DNA of 64,000 nucleotides from Antechinus flavipes (taxonomy: Eukaryota). The DNA is taken from positions 85,250,001 through 85,314,000 of the forward strand of contig NC_067404.1 of the NCBI RefSeq assembly GCF_016432865.1, in the 5' to 3' direction. Shown in pieces: positions 63,895-64,000 of this stretch (its first letter is position 1; each line of letters starts with the position of its first letter). Below the pieces are notes generated by a model, which was not told the DNA's origin, did not search any database, and saw nothing but the letters and a program-made list of their open reading frames with translations. The position numbers and the translations under genes are program-made.

Positions 63895-64000
63895 GGCCAC
63901 CACGGGCGGCAGTGCGCTCCCTCTTGGCAGCCCCCACCGCCCTCCCGGCCGCCAGGACTCCTCCCCCTGCTCCTCCCTCCTCCTCCTCGGTCTCCCCTCC
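63650..64000 (-). promoter_or_regulatory. CpG island, PRICKLE3 exon 1/5' region (runs off the window)
   Basis: CpG-dense around ATG 63894. Confidence 0.65.

Overview
This is a gene-dense, GC-rich mammalian window matching the therian X cluster orthologous to human Xp11.23. The repeats (CORE-SINE/MAR1-like, RTE, marsupial-type L1 tails) point to a marsupial, possibly a dasyurid (inference). Six genes have intact, in-phase exon chains traced by hand: KCND1(-), GRIPAP1(-), TFE3(-), CCDC120(+), PLP2(+) and PRICKLE3(-). TE-rich blocks lie at about 23.6-37 kb and 45.4-56.3 kb. Main findings: (1) At the syntenic GPKOW position only a frameshifted exon-1 relic remains, inside a retained CpG-island promoter, and no GPKOW downstream exons, WDR45, PRAF2 or MAGIX were recognisable. 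(2) Exon structure differs from human as recalled: an extra intron in the KCND1 T1-domain exon, and fused exons in KCND1, GRIPAP1 and PRICKLE3. (3) TFE3 has W->L in the conserved bHLH RWNKG motif. (4) An intronic minisatellite supplies a CCDC120 splice acceptor. (5) A three-tier nested L1 is delimited by TSDs. (6) An unassigned 1.6 kb stop-poor segment lies at 28.0-29.7 kb. All comparisons with human are from memory, not computed.
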